This document shows positions 1 to 11,885 of a stretch of 64,000 bases of DNA, piece after piece. This DNA is from Octopus vulgaris (lineage: Eukaryota), in NCBI GenBank assembly GCA_951406725.2, contig OX597814.1, positions 207,204,001 through 207,268,000 on the forward strand, in the 5' to 3' direction. The translations under genes were made by a program, and so were the position numbers. Each line of letters opens with the position of its first letter. Position 1 is the stretch's first letter. The notes below the pieces were generated by a model. It did not search any database and was not told the DNA's origin. It saw only the letters and a list, made by a program, of their open reading frames with translations.

Positions 1-59
1 AGGGAGCTCCAAAGGATCGTAGAAAGCACCCCTTTGAAAATACCATCATCAATGAGAAC

Positions 60-323
60 TACGTGATATGTAAGAACACGGGATAAATTAAGGAGACATC
101 TAGAAGTATTGCGGAGAGAATAAATGGCCACTTGAGGTAATATGATGACAAAAAACAGTCCTCCATACTCTACCAACATCCCAAAGACCAATATGAAGGC
201 ACACTGGGCCGACTTGACATTCACATTTTATCCAAACACCAGAAGGACCTGTCACTCAGACAGATACAGGAGTACGTCCTCATAAATGAGACGTCCCCCG
301 TACTAAATAGGAAATACGCCTAG
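60..323 (+). mobile_element. Penelope-like retroelement fragment, GIY-YIG endonuclease C-terminal part (decayed)
   Basis: Manual translation from about 90: KETSRSIAERINGHLR*YDDKKQSSILYQH...IHILSKHQKDLSLRQIQEYVLINETSPVLNRKYA*. This fits the Penelope GIY-YIG pattern (GETxR...R..EH, RxIxE..I....P.LN). One in-frame stop. Confidence 0.7.
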
Positions 324-857
324 AAGGTAGTAATACCCCAATACCCACAGAATATACATACATAGGTACATTTTCTAGTAGGTACATGTGTGTGTGTGTA
401 GGTTGGTAGGTAGGTAAGTATGTAATTAGGTAGGTAGATAGGTAGGTAGGTAAATGGATATGTACATAAACAGATAGGTACATAGGTAAGTAGATAGATA
501 AGAGACTAAGTAATATGGAAAGATAAGCACACACTCACACACACACACACACACGCGCGCGCACATACATATATTTGTACATATACAAGCACACATGTAT
601 GCTGACAGATGTGCAGAAACTGACAACCGAAACGCAACTCCAATAACGAACAGTCAACATCCATTGACAAGGTTGCAAAACCAACGAAAATTTTGGAAGG
701 AAAAATAGAAATAATAGATGAGTGGAAATCTATGAGTGTTAGATAATAAGGCATTAAAAGAATAGGATTCTCCCCAGACACAATAAAATGTGCTTCAACA
801 CACGAATTCACATGAAGAATTTTGCAAACCAGATACAAAAACGAAGTGTTATATATA

Positions 858-2121
858 TAGGGGTTGGACAAAATAATGGAAACACTTTAAAATTTCAAAC
901 AAATTTATTTTAATATGGGGAAGAACTTTGGCAATAATTACAGCTTGAATTCTACGAGCTATAGACTCGAATAAAGTTTGAATTGTTTCCAAAGGAATTT
1001 TTGTCCATTCTTCAGCTAAAACAGTCTCCAGTTCTTGTAGTAATGATGGTGGGGGATATCGACTCCTCACTTGTTTTTCTAAAATGCACCATAAATGTTC
1101 AATAATATTGAGATCTGGGGACAGTGGTGGTCAGATAAGATGTTCAACTTCACTAGAATGTTCCTTGTGCCATTCAGTAACAACTTTAGCTGTGTGAATT
1201 GGTGCATTATCATCCTGAAAGATTGCGTTTCCCTCCAGAAACAGTTCAGCAACCATAGGTTGAATTTGATCAGATAAAATGTTTAAATAGTCTTGTCAAT
1301 TAATTCTGCCATGGAGGGAAACCACTGGACTGGTGGGTTTCCAAAGTATAGCCTCCCAGATCATCACAGATCCATCTCCATGTTTAACAGTTGGCAGAAG
1401 GCAGTCTGGGTCAAATGATTCTTTTGGCTGTGTCCATATGTATATTCCGTTGGTGGTCGGAAATAAGGTAAAGGATGAATCGTCTGAGAAAATAACATTC
1501 TTTCACTGATCTAGGGACCAATTCTGTAGGTTTTTACTCCACTCTAAACGCTTTGCAACGTATGTTTTTGAAAGCAGTGGTTTTCTGATTGCAGCCCTCC
1601 CGTGAAATCCGGCTTGTGCGGCTCCCGGTGAACAGTTTTTGTGGAAACAGGCTTCTCGAGATGATCATTAATTTTGGGAGCTGTACATTTGTGATCCTTT
1701 CTAACATTTCGCGTAAGAGTCCGACGGTCTCTATCTGAAAGTTTTGGTTTTCTTCCGGAGTTTTGTTTCGACGAGGAGGTTTTTCACTCTTTCTCAAAGG
1801 CTGTCATTACTTTCGAGACCGTACTTCTTGATACATCAAACATTTCGGCTGTTTTCGTTACGCTAGCGCCTGCCATACGAGCACCAACAATTTGACCTCT
1901 TTGAAAGTCTGATAGAGCTGTCATTTTAATGAATTTTAATTAATTACCTTTTTCTGATGATATCTGAAAAGAAACAGCAATTTTAGCAAAATATATTAAG
2001 CAACACTAATAACAAATAAATAAATAAACATAAAAATAAAGAAACTTTCGACGGTTTTATAGATATTTCAGAATGATGATGCCATAATACTAGGTGTTTC
2101 CATTATTTTGTCCAACCCCTG
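858..2121 (-). mobile_element. Full-length Tc1-family DNA transposon (non-functional)
   Basis: About 28-bp TIRs (C/T)AGGGGTTGGACAAAATAATGGAAACAC at both ends, flanked by TA at 856-857 and 2122-2123. Internal transposase on the minus strand. Confidence 0.95.
910..1924 (-). pseudogene. Tc1 DD34E transposase pseudogene
   Basis: Starts MTALSDFQRGQIVGARMAGASVTKTAEMFDVSRSTVSKV. Catalytic motifs VIFSDDSS, FQDDNAPIH and SPDLNIIEHLW are present. Ends ...PY*. In-frame stops and frameshifts. Confidence 0.92.
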
Positions 2122-2733
2122 TATATGACAATTTCAAGTTGTACATCGATATAATTACTGTCATAGTCCATATTAACACTGTCACATTGCCGAAAGCTGG
2201 ATATTTGGAATCGGTTCATCGTATTCCCAAGCGACTCTATGTTGCTTACGACTATTTTCTTTACTTGCAAATAGTTTAATATCATCGAGTCAGCAAGATA
2301 ATTTTCGAAAATACAGTATTTTTCTCTTTTCTACCAAAATATATTGAATTTATTGCGAGAGATTTCAACAATCTGCCGTAACTATTGCCAAAAGCAGAAT
2401 AAATTTTGCAACTGTATTTTACAAGAGTTATTTACCTTAAATTTTTATTATTTCTCAGTTACCTCCCTTTGAACAGTATGGCCTTAAAAAATTTTTTTTT
2501 TTTCCTCTCTATCATTTATGAAATGAATTCTTCTTAAGAAAACTGATTAGTTTCAGAGTAATAATGATGATTATTTTATATTGATACATAAAGGATGAAA
2601 AGAAAGCTTGTTTTCGGTAGGATTGAAACTCAGAATATACAGGGACAACGCTAAATGTGTAAGAAGAGGAAGTTATGTACTTTACTGAAGTCCGTCATCC
2701 TAGTTCTGTTTGGGACTAAAAATGACCGCATAT

Positions 2734-2855
2734 CACTAGCGTAGCTACAGTGTGTGCCGCTCGGGGCAGCCCTTCCGTTTGCTTCCCCCCGAACCCCACA
2801 AGAAACACAAAAAGGTGTCGCCTCTTTAAAAGTGTCATCCTCAGTTACGCTAGTG
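2734..2855. mobile_element. Short hAT-like MITE
   Basis: 13-bp TIR CACTAGCGTAGCT / AGTTACGCTAGTG (1 mismatch). Flanking 8-mers CCGCATAT / CCCCATGT match 6/8, consistent with a decayed 8-bp TSD. Confidence 0.6.
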
Positions 2856-2965
2856 CCCCATGTGATAATAATTGACATGATTTGATGACAGAATAGGTAG
2901 AGCGCTTGACAAAAGAGCTTGCACTATCTATCAACATTTCTGAGTTCAGATCGCGCTTAGGTTAA

Positions 2966-3012
<47 letters not shown>

Positions 3013-3292
3013 TCCTGCGGTCGATAAAACAGAGAAACACGATTGTGAAAGAGTGGCAGCTTGCTAAAAGATGAGAATGGTTATGGTTTCAAACGACATG
3101 CGAAATGGCTTGTCGTTTCACACTGCAAATTGGGTACTCCGTGAGCAGCTATGGTCAAGACACTTAAGCCTTAAACGACCCGACTCCCTCCAGTTGGATA
3201 ACCATCGACAGGAATAAAACATATCAATATGAGCAGATGAAATGCAGAATAATTGTCTAGTGTTTCATTAGATTGCCAAATTGGTTTCCCCC

Positions 3293-3332
<40 letters not shown>

Positions 3333-3379
3333 ATGCACACACACACACACACTCCAATTCATCTTGTTTTTATCACAAA

Positions 3380-3761
3380 CTAGCAGTATCGCCCGGCGTT
3401 GCTCAGGTTTGTAAGGGAAATAACTATAAAGCATTTTTAGAGAGTTATAGCCCAAAATTAGCAAAAAAATGGAAAAAAAATAATGGTAAATTTTTTTGAG
3501 AGTTAAAAAAGGTGGAGTTGCGTCCCCTAGACGGTCTGCGGTTTGGGTTTCTGATTCTCGACCCCATGTCGAATTTATCGATTTTTTCAGAACTGGGGGA
3601 ACTTTTCAAAATTTTCGCAGCGTTAGTTTTGAATTATGACATTGGGCTATGTGTGTGTCAAGTTTCATCAGAATCGGTTGAAAGCCGTGGTCAGAGTGAG
3701 GGTACGAGAATACAGACACACAGAAAACGCACAGACAAACTGCCGTTTATATAGAGAGAGA
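3380..3761 (-). mobile_element. Non-autonomous Helitron
   Basis: On the minus strand it begins TC and ends with the family hairpin (consensus CCCGAGCAACGCCGGG) followed by CGATACTG-CTAG. The 3' end is shared with the other copies in the window. Confidence 0.8.
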
Positions 3762-4165
3762 CTAGCAGTATCGCCCGGCGTTGCTCGGGTTTGTTTCGAC
3801 CCTTTAGAATTGGAAGTTTTGAAAAGTAAAAATTTTGCATTATGTAGCTGGTTATTCTCTTTAAGTGAACATTTTTCTGGTTGAAATACACCTAAAAATG
3901 GCAACACAGCAGTCAAAAAATCGTAAAAAAACAGGTATTTTCATAGAAAAAAAGTACATTTTTGATGTAAATAATTTTAGGTGTTAACATGGTCTGATTT
4001 GAATTTTATTTTCTACGGAATGAAAGAGCAAGCCTTCTTCTATCATACTCTCAATTTTGGACAACTTGCGCCGCAGGGTCTCGGAGGCGATAGTGTTAGT
4101 TGAAGGCTAACAAACCTGCCATACACACACACACACACAGACAACTTCAGCTTTATATAGAGAGA
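3762..4165 (-). mobile_element. Non-autonomous Helitron, second subfamily, head-to-tail with the previous copy
   Basis: Same 3' hairpin plus CTAG end, different body (shared with 17719-17913), 5' TC end at 4165. Confidence 0.8.
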
Positions 4166-4602
4166 TTGGGGAAAACGAGGGCTTCTCTTATATTGCTACA
4201 TTGACTTATACTCTTTTATTTTCAAAATGTTTTACTTGGATTTTGTTGTTCTTGTTTAGCCCTACAAAGAACCTCTTTTCACGTTAGATGTGAAAGGAAG
4301 CTCCCCACCACCACCACCACCACCACCTCACCCATTTGAGCTGCTCATTAAATATGCCACTAAATACATAATTTATGCAAGAGTAATGAGTAGTATATAA
4401 CAAACTAGAATAAAAGAAAAGTCTAGAACGAGAAACAGAAAATTGTTAATTCCTTATCAAAGTGATCCTCACTCCTCCCCTTTTAACTGGGTAAGTTAAA
4501 ACCCCTCAGAATCATATGGGCCACCGCTGACCTGGCTTGATTCCAGGTAAGTCCTGAATGAGCAGTCTCTTCTAGTTATGACCATTCTGTCTCTAATTCC
4601 GA

Positions 4603-5013
4603 TACTCTTTTACTATCTTTTACTTGTTTCAGTTATTTGACTGCGGCCATGCTGGAGCACTGCCTTTAGTCGAGCAACTCAACCCCAGGAGTTATTCTTT
4701 GTAAGCCTAGTACTTATTCTATCGGTCACTTTTGCCGAAACGCTAAGTTACGGGGACGTAAACACACCAGCATCGGTTGTCAAGTGATGTTGGGTGACAA
4801 ACACAGACACACAAACACACACACACACACACACACATATACATATATACGACTGGATTCCTTCAGTTTCCGTCTACCAAATCCACTCACAAGGCTTTGG
4901 TCGGCCCGGGGCTATAGCAGAAGACACTTGCCCAAGATGCCACGCAGTGGGACTGAACCCGGAACCATGTGGTTGGTAAGCAAGCTACTTACCACACAGC
5001 CACTCCTGCACCT
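4603..5013 (-). mobile_element. tRNA-derived SINE, family A (full length)
   Basis: Head AGG(C/T)GCAGGAGTGGCTGTGTGG (A box) and GGTTCAGTCCC (B box), internal (TG/TA)n tract, AGTAAAAGAG tail. Many copies in the window. Confidence 0.85.
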
Positions 5014-5302
5014 AATGTGCAAAAGTCTATGTTCTCCAATCTCATTCCTCTTTTAAGAATTTGAGAGAGATTTGGCTGTTATTTCTAGCAGGTTGTGCAA
5101 CTACGTAAAAGTCATTTCGTTTAAGATTTTGTTATTGAAATGTATTGATTGACAACTTCATTTTTCAATTATTTTCATAATTCGGTTTATTCTGCGAGGC
5201 ACAAAGAAATGCCTGGAAGGGAATCAGCAGATGTTTTTTGTATGGTTAGTTATGCCTCCGAACTGATCGACTGCTTCAGTACCGTGATTTTAACTAAGAT
5301 AA

Positions 5303-5745
5303 ATTTCTTTATTGGCCACACAGGGCTGCACACAGATGGGACAAGTTACAAGGTAGAGCTTTTCTTTTGGGGGATGAAAAAAAAACAAAAAACAAACGAA
5401 AAAATAAAAGGGGGGTGGCGTAGGTTTTCGATCAAGAGGGATCGTAAAAGGGAAGAAAAGAACAAAAATAAAAGAAAATAAAATAAAAGAAAAAAGAAAA
5501 AAGAAAATAAAAAAAAAGAAAAGGAAAAGGAACAAAAGAAAAGAGAAAAGAAAAAAGGGGAAAAAAGGGGGAAGAGGAAAAAAAACGATCAATAGGGATC
5601 GTGTATCACAGTGTTATGATATATGGTGTAAAGGGGAAAGCAAGTAAGGTTTATCCGTGGGAAGAAAAGCCTACGAAAAAGACCACGGTAACCTTGGTCA
5701 ATATTGTTATATGTTACCACATTTGTTTGCAAGTGGGTAACCCTC
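5303..5745 (-). mobile_element. 3' UTR/tail of a Tx1/L1-like LINE
   Basis: Minus strand ends ...CTGTGTGCAGCCCTGTGTGGCCAATAAAGAAAT. Nearly identical to 29232-29394 (+). A related tail follows the zf-RVT ORF at about 26280-26330. Confidence 0.6.
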
Positions 5746-5774
5746 TGTTTTCAATTTCTGGGTTCATAGGATTA

Positions 5775-5945
5775 TGCTCAAGGTGGCTTACCACGGCGTA
5801 TTCATATCGCCGCGCAGTCGTTTCTGCAATTCTACTGTCCGAGATTGGGAAATGCTATTGACTCCGGAAACAACAAAATTAGTATCGTAGAACACTTCAA
5901 CCAATTTATTCTTTGCTTGGCTGAACCTTTCAAAATTTCAGAATT
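5775..5945 (-). mobile_element. Highly decayed CR1-like LINE ORF2 fragment
   Basis: Frameshifted peptides EIL.KVQ...KLVE and LQKRLRGDM match the CR1 C-terminal motifs LERVQRRATKLV and RRLRGD(L/M). Confidence 0.45.
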
Positions 5946-7525
5946 AGATTCTCTTGACAATTGACATAACCTTTTAATCAATTTAAACTGGACAATGAAA
6001 TCATAGAAGAGTCGTGACAACCATTTTAGAACATAAAAATTTTCAACAATTCGCTTCTCATTTATTACTGGAAAATTCAAGTTTTTTCGTTGCATTTCTG
6101 TGATCTGGTCACTGACACCATTCTGCTGTATCCCGTTTTCTGGGCTTTTTTTTTCTTGTGCGTGCATGAAAATGGGATAACCCTTCTACAATGTAACTGT
6201 TTGCTCATTACCGTCTGTGCAAAACGTTGCAATCCTAATTGAGAATATAAACAACAACAACGAAAAGTATTAGATTATGTGCATAGCTATTTGTTCATAA
6301 CAACGTACTCCTTCAACATACATTGATTTCTCTAGACTGAGCGCATCGTTTGTGTGTATGTGTGTGTGTGCGCACGCGTGCGTCTGTATAGAATACTAAT
6401 GCAGCCGACCGAATCAACGAATCAAGCTTTGAACATTACTGATTTCTAATACTAGCAGAAAAATGGTGAAACAAGACTACTATCGCTCCAACCCCTTTTA
6501 CCCCATCTCAAGAAATCGTAGGATTTTTTGTAAGATAGGCTATTCAGATGTTCACAGGCCTGTATCTAATTCTTCGTACCCTGAACCGATATACTGATTA
6601 AGCCATTTTCTAATGGATCTCAGACAGAAAACCAGGAAATTTCCTGAGATGAAATCTACACCATTATTTAAAGATACTTTAGTTTACCAATCTTATTGGA
6701 AGAAGGAAAAATAAAATTAACTTCAGCGGGATTTGAACTCGGAACGTTATAAAACCATAATTAAATACGGCAAGGCAGTTCATTGCTCGACACTCCAACG
6801 ATTTCACGCTTATATTATCGATTTCCAATCTGAGACACAAAATCTTAATTTTAGAGGAGACGGGGATAGTTGATTTAATTGATCCGCTACTTGACAGCCC
6901 CTTGATTTTATCCACCACAGGAAGCTGAAAAATGAAGTTGCTCTCGGCGGGATTTGAACTCAGAATACGAAGCACTTTGTCAGACGCTCTAGCAACTCTT
7001 CCAAACCACTGATTTCATACCATAGCTACTTATTTTCCTTTCGTTAATCCAGGCAATCTCCAACGAGATTTAGTCTCGAAATCAAGAGCAATGGAGCTAA
7101 AGTGTTCAAAGCATTTAATCCCTCGTTTTATTTTACTTCGTCAGTTCCACTATCCTGCTATGCTTAACGTGATGACTAAAGCTCGATGTGATTAAATCCC
7201 AAAGCTGTTAGATCACGTGAATCCAGAACACAGAGTATACTTACATCAACAGATTACACAAATAATGAGATAATAATCAATTACTAGATAGCCTTTAAAA
7301 TGTACATGTGGTTATTCTTTTAGTTACGTTGACAATCTCATTTGTTGACCAAAGGCATTGCCGATTTTTGAAAGGAGCTAGTTAAATTTGTATTTATTTA
7401 ACAAACTATAAATAATATACAAACGTCGTAGAAATATGTCAAAACACTTTAACGTTGTGCGTCTGTCAGTGTCAGTATAAGATATGTGTGACTGACTGCT
7501 TGTGACTTAACATAATTATTGAATA

Positions 7526-8191
7526 CTAGCAGTATCGCCCGGCGTTGATCGGTTTTGTAAGGGAAATAACTATATAAGCATTTTTAGAGAGTTATAGCAA
7601 AAAAATAGCAAAAAAATGCATTAAAAATGGAAAAAAAATGATTGTAAATTATTTTTTAAATCGTTGACTCATCGTAGACATTTTTATTGAATACTAGCAG
7701 TATCGCCCGGCGTTGCTCGGGTTTGTAAGGGAAATAACTATATAAGCATTTTTAGAGAGTTATAGCCAAAAAATAGCAAAAAAATGCATTAAAAATGGAA
7801 ACAAAATGATGGTAAATTTTTTTTAAATCGTTGATTCATCGTAGACATTTTTAGAGAGTTACTTCCCTTATATAATAGCGAAAAAATGCATTAAAATGGA
7901 AAAAAATGATGGTAAATTTTTTTTAAATCGTTGACTCATCGTAGACATTTTTAGAGAGTTATTTCCTTAAAATAATAGCGAAAAAATGCATTAAAATGGA
8001 AAAAAATGATGGTAAAATTTTTTTAATCGTAGACTCATCGTAGACGCGCGCTAATACCCAGAAGGGCTCGATATGAATGACGACTATAAGATACCCGGTT
8101 TTGGTTACACTGCACCGCAAAATGTGGGAGTAGTTAGGAATCTAAATCGTAGGAGACAGACAGCACACAACCTCACTTTTATATATAAAGA
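7526..8191 (-). mobile_element. Non-autonomous Helitron with duplicated 3' end and internal tandem subrepeats
   Basis: CTAG ends at 7526 and 7694, both adjoined by the same flank TATTGAATA. About 100-bp internal unit repeated. 5' TC end at 8191. Confidence 0.85.
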
Positions 8192-8507
8192 TATGTTACT
8201 GAATGATGCAATCTGTAGCTTTGATCACTTACGTAAAACTTTGCTTTACTTTCATCTTTTTTTTTTTTTTTTTTGCATCCTGGCCCCCAAAAGTCACCAC
8301 TAATATCGATTTCTGCAGACAGAACCAAGAATCATTTTCGATCATTTTATTAATGTATTTTTAACTTATGACGACAATTTTTTTTTTTTTTTTTTCTTTG
8401 ATGGAAAAGTACTGAGAATTTACATTTTTCCTGTCGTCTCTGGTCATAAGTAAATAATTTCTTTGTATCACTTACAGTATTGTTGCGGTAAGTAAATATA
8501 ATGTTAA

Positions 8508-9153
8508 GGCGGCGAGCTGGCAGAGACGTTACCACGCCGGGCAAAATATTTAGCGGTATTTCGTCTGCCGCTACGTTCTGAGTTTAAATTCCGCCGAGGT
8601 CGACTTTGCCTTTTATCCTTTCGGTGTCGATTAAATAAGTACCTATTTCTTTACTACCCACAAGGGGCTAAACACAGAGAGGACAAACAAGGACAGACAA
8701 ACTGATCAAGTCGATTACATCGACCCCAGTGCGTAACTGGTACTTATTTAATCGATCCCGAAAGGATGAAAGGCAAGATCGACCTCGGCGGAATTTGAAC
8801 TCACAACTTCGTCTGCCGTTACGTTGTGAGTTCAAATTCCGCCGAGGTCGACTTTGCCTTTCATCCTTTCGGGGTCGATAAATTAAGTACCAGTTACGCA
8901 CTGGGGTCGATGTAATCGACTTAATACCTATGTCTGTCCTTGTTTGTCCCCTCTGTGTTTAGCCCCTTGTGGGTAATAAAGAAATAGGAATTTGAACTCA
9001 GAACATAACGGCAGTCGAAATACGGCTACGCATTTCGCCCGGCGATTAAATAAGTACCAGTTATGCACTGGAGTTGATATAATCGATTTAATCCGTTTGT
9101 CTGTCCTTGTTTGTCCTCTCTGTGTTTAGCCCCTTGTGGGTAGTAAAGAAGTA
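8508..9153 (+). mobile_element. Three nested copies of tRNA-derived SINE family B (+ / - / +)
   Basis: Outer TSD GGTAAGTAAATATAATGTTAA (8487-8507, 9154-9174). Middle TSD CGATTAAATAAGTACC (8628-8643, 9043-9058). Inner TSD GGAATTTGAACTCA(C/G)AAC (8790-8807, 8987-9004). Confidence 0.9.
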
Positions 9154-9591
9154 GGTAAGTAAATATAATGTTAAATGAAACATGTTTCCCGACTATACCC
9201 CACGAAGAAAATTGCAGTTATTTTTCTACTATTTCACATATAGCTGTTATCATGTCTTAATACCTTATCTTTCATGTAGAAGGGCTGAAAGGGGACTATT
9301 TTTCAGCTCTACTTGGGGTATCAGTGAAACTTAAAATGACTCTAATTAAATGCCCTGCAATACGTAAGATTAAACATTCCTATTTCAAATGCTACCGGAT
9401 TCGGCTTCGATTTTCATCCAGTCAGTCAATATTGAGATTAGACACAACACTTCACATATTTTTCTATAAGTAGACAGATTTTTTTCATATTGACTCATAA
9501 CATAAATTTGTAGTGTGTGAGGGTGAGGAGGGTCAATATAGTAGATCAAATCGACTCCAGTAGTATAAGACCAATTATTTATTCTATCGAC

Positions 9592-9633
<42 letters not shown>

Positions 9634-10046
9634 GCGAGATCCATTTCCATACGATTAATGGCAAAGTTGGCAGAGCGTCGGACAAAATGATATATTATAT
9701 TTGTTCCAGCTCTCTGGGTTCCGAGTTCAAATACTACCGAGGTCAGTTTGGCCTTTCATTCTTCCTGAATCAATAGAATAAAGTAGCATCCGAGGGTAGT
9801 AAACTGGAGGCACGTCGAAGGTGATGTGTTGTGATGTTTGTTCCAGCTCTTTGTATTCTGAATTCTTAGAGGATAAATTTAACCTGGCTTTCAATTCCAC
9901 GCCGTCTTCGGGTCCTTGAATATCCGTAAGTGTTCTCTCTGGTTCAAACATTCAGACTTGAGCTCCGGTTTTGATATAACTTTCTCTTATCCTCCGATTT
10001 GTCCTCTTTCGCCAATATGTGTGATCATAAATTTGGTAAAATGCTA

Positions 10047-10630
10047 AGGTGGCGTGCTGGCAGAACCGCTAGCACGCCGGGCGAAATGCTGAACGGCATT
10101 TCGTCTGCCGCTACGTTCTGAGTTCAAATTCCGCCAAGGTCGACTTTGCCTTTCATCCTTTCGGAGTCGATTAAATAAGTACCAGTTGCGCACTGGGGTC
10201 GATGTAATCGACTTAATCCGTTTGTCTATCCTTGTTTGTCCTCTCTGTGTTTAGCTCCTTGTGGGTAGTAAAGAAACAGGTATTTCGTCTGCCGCTACGT
10301 TCTGAGTTCAAATTCCGCCGAGGTCGACTTTGCCTTTCATCCTTTCGGGGTCGATAAATTAAGTACCAGTTAAGCCCTGGGGTCGCTATAATCGACTTAA
10401 TCCCTTTGTCTGTCCTTGTTTGTCCTCTCTGTGTTTAGCCCCTTGTGGGTAGTAAAGAAATAGGTATTTCGTTTGTCTTTACGTTCTGAGTTCAAATTCC
10501 GCCGAGGTCGACTTTGCCTTTCATCCTTTCGGAGTCGATAAATTAAGTACCAGTTGCGTACTGGGGTCGATCTAATCGACTGGCCCCGTCCCCAAATATT
10601 TCGGGTCTTGTGCCTAGTGTAGAAAAGAAT
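10047..10630 (+). mobile_element. SINE family B, tandem/self-inserted trimer
   Basis: One head plus three core units. The tail AAAGAAA(C/T)A rejoins the internal GGTATTTCG site at about 10279 and 10463. Confidence 0.85.
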
Positions 10631-10802
10631 ATTTATTTTTGCTTGCAATAGCCGGTTCTTTTTGTCAAACTATCGTATCTCCAGCTGCTTCAGATGCCAA
10701 TATATCAATGGTTGTCAAAGTATAGTACAACGGTTTTGCTATGGAGTGGTGAAACTATTTTTTCCTTTTCTGAAAAAGAAACGTTTTGGACTTAAGACTT
10801 CA

Positions 10803-10841
10803 TTGCTGTTGCTGTTGTGGTGGTGGTGGTTGGTGTTGGTG

Positions 10842-10872
<31 letters not shown>

Positions 10873-11282
10873 TGTTGTTGTTGTTGTTGTTGTTATTAGT
10901 GGTGGTGGTATTGTTGTTGTTGCTGCTGTTGTTGATGTTGTTTTTGTTGTTGTTGTTGTTGTTGTTGGTGGTGGTTGTGGTGGTGGTGGTGGTGGTGGTG
11001 GTGGTGGTCGTTGTGGTGGTGGTGGTCGTCGTGGTCGTGGTGGTGGTGGTCGTCGTCGTGGTCGTGGTGGTGATGGTGGTGGTTATGGTGGTGGTCGTGG
11101 TGGTCGTGGTCGTGGTCGTGGTGGTGATGGTGGTGGTTATGGTGGTGGTGGTGGTGGTCCTGTTTTGAAGGAAGGAAGGAAAGAAGGAAGGAAGGAAGGA
11201 AGGAAGGAAGGAAGGAAGGAAGGAAGGAAGGAAGGAAGGAAGGAAGGAAGGAAGGAAGGAAGGAAGGAAAGAAGGAAGGAAA
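10803..11282. repeat. Compound microsatellite (TGT/TGC/TGG/TCG)n followed by (GAAG)n
   Basis: Directly visible. Explains the poly-L/V and G-rich ORFs. Confidence 0.95.
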
Positions 11283-11613
11283 GTCGTAACACTATTTTAT
11301 GCCGCTCCTCAACATATTTGTCACATTATCTGTCGCTTATATTTTCGATTCAATTATCTGTTTAGTTTCTGTTGCATGGTTGACTGACTTCAGAGGAAAA
11401 CAAGTATGTCACGTATACAAATGTTATTATCGCTGTTGCAAGACCGAAATAGTTTTGTAACAAACCAGAGACGATGTATGTCCGTACCGTAATTTTACCA
11501 CAACCTTTTCCCAATAACGACTTCTATTGAAAAATAAAAACAAAAGGAGAACAGAAAACAGGTCATAGGAGCATGTAGAGGTCTCATTTAGTCGTTTGGT
11601 TTTGGGGGTCTGT

Positions 11614-11675
<62 letters not shown>

Positions 11676-11677
<2 letters not shown>

Positions 11678-11882
11678 TCTGACGCCATGATAGATCGTTA
11701 GCCACTACACACATTTTTTTCTCTCCTTGTTTCTCTCCTTGTTTTTTCTGTGTCCCTTTCTGTAGAAGAGCGTAGGCTCGAAATGTAAAATACTTTTTCT
11801 ATTCCTGAGCGTTATACTAGTACATCTGTTTGTTTTGTACACCACCTGTCTTCGTCTTTTGTGTTTTTCGTAAACTCTCCCT
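11676..11882 (+). mobile_element. Probable Penelope-like terminal repeat fragment with decayed hammerhead-like motif
   Basis: CTGTAGAA-GAGC-GTAG-GCTC-GAAA at 11760-11783. A related copy lies on the minus strand at about 13790-13900. Confidence 0.5.
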
Positions 11883-11885
11883 ATA

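Noticed and set aside
5790-5925. Apparent minus-strand exon ending ...ELQKRLRGDMNTPW|GTAAG
   Set aside because: The RLRGDM and KVQ/KLV motifs are better explained by a decayed CR1 LINE, and no partner exons were found.
10662-11365. Poly-L/V and Gly/Arg-rich (RGG-like) ORFs
   Set aside because: They are translations of trinucleotide and (GAAG)n microsatellites with no unique coding context.
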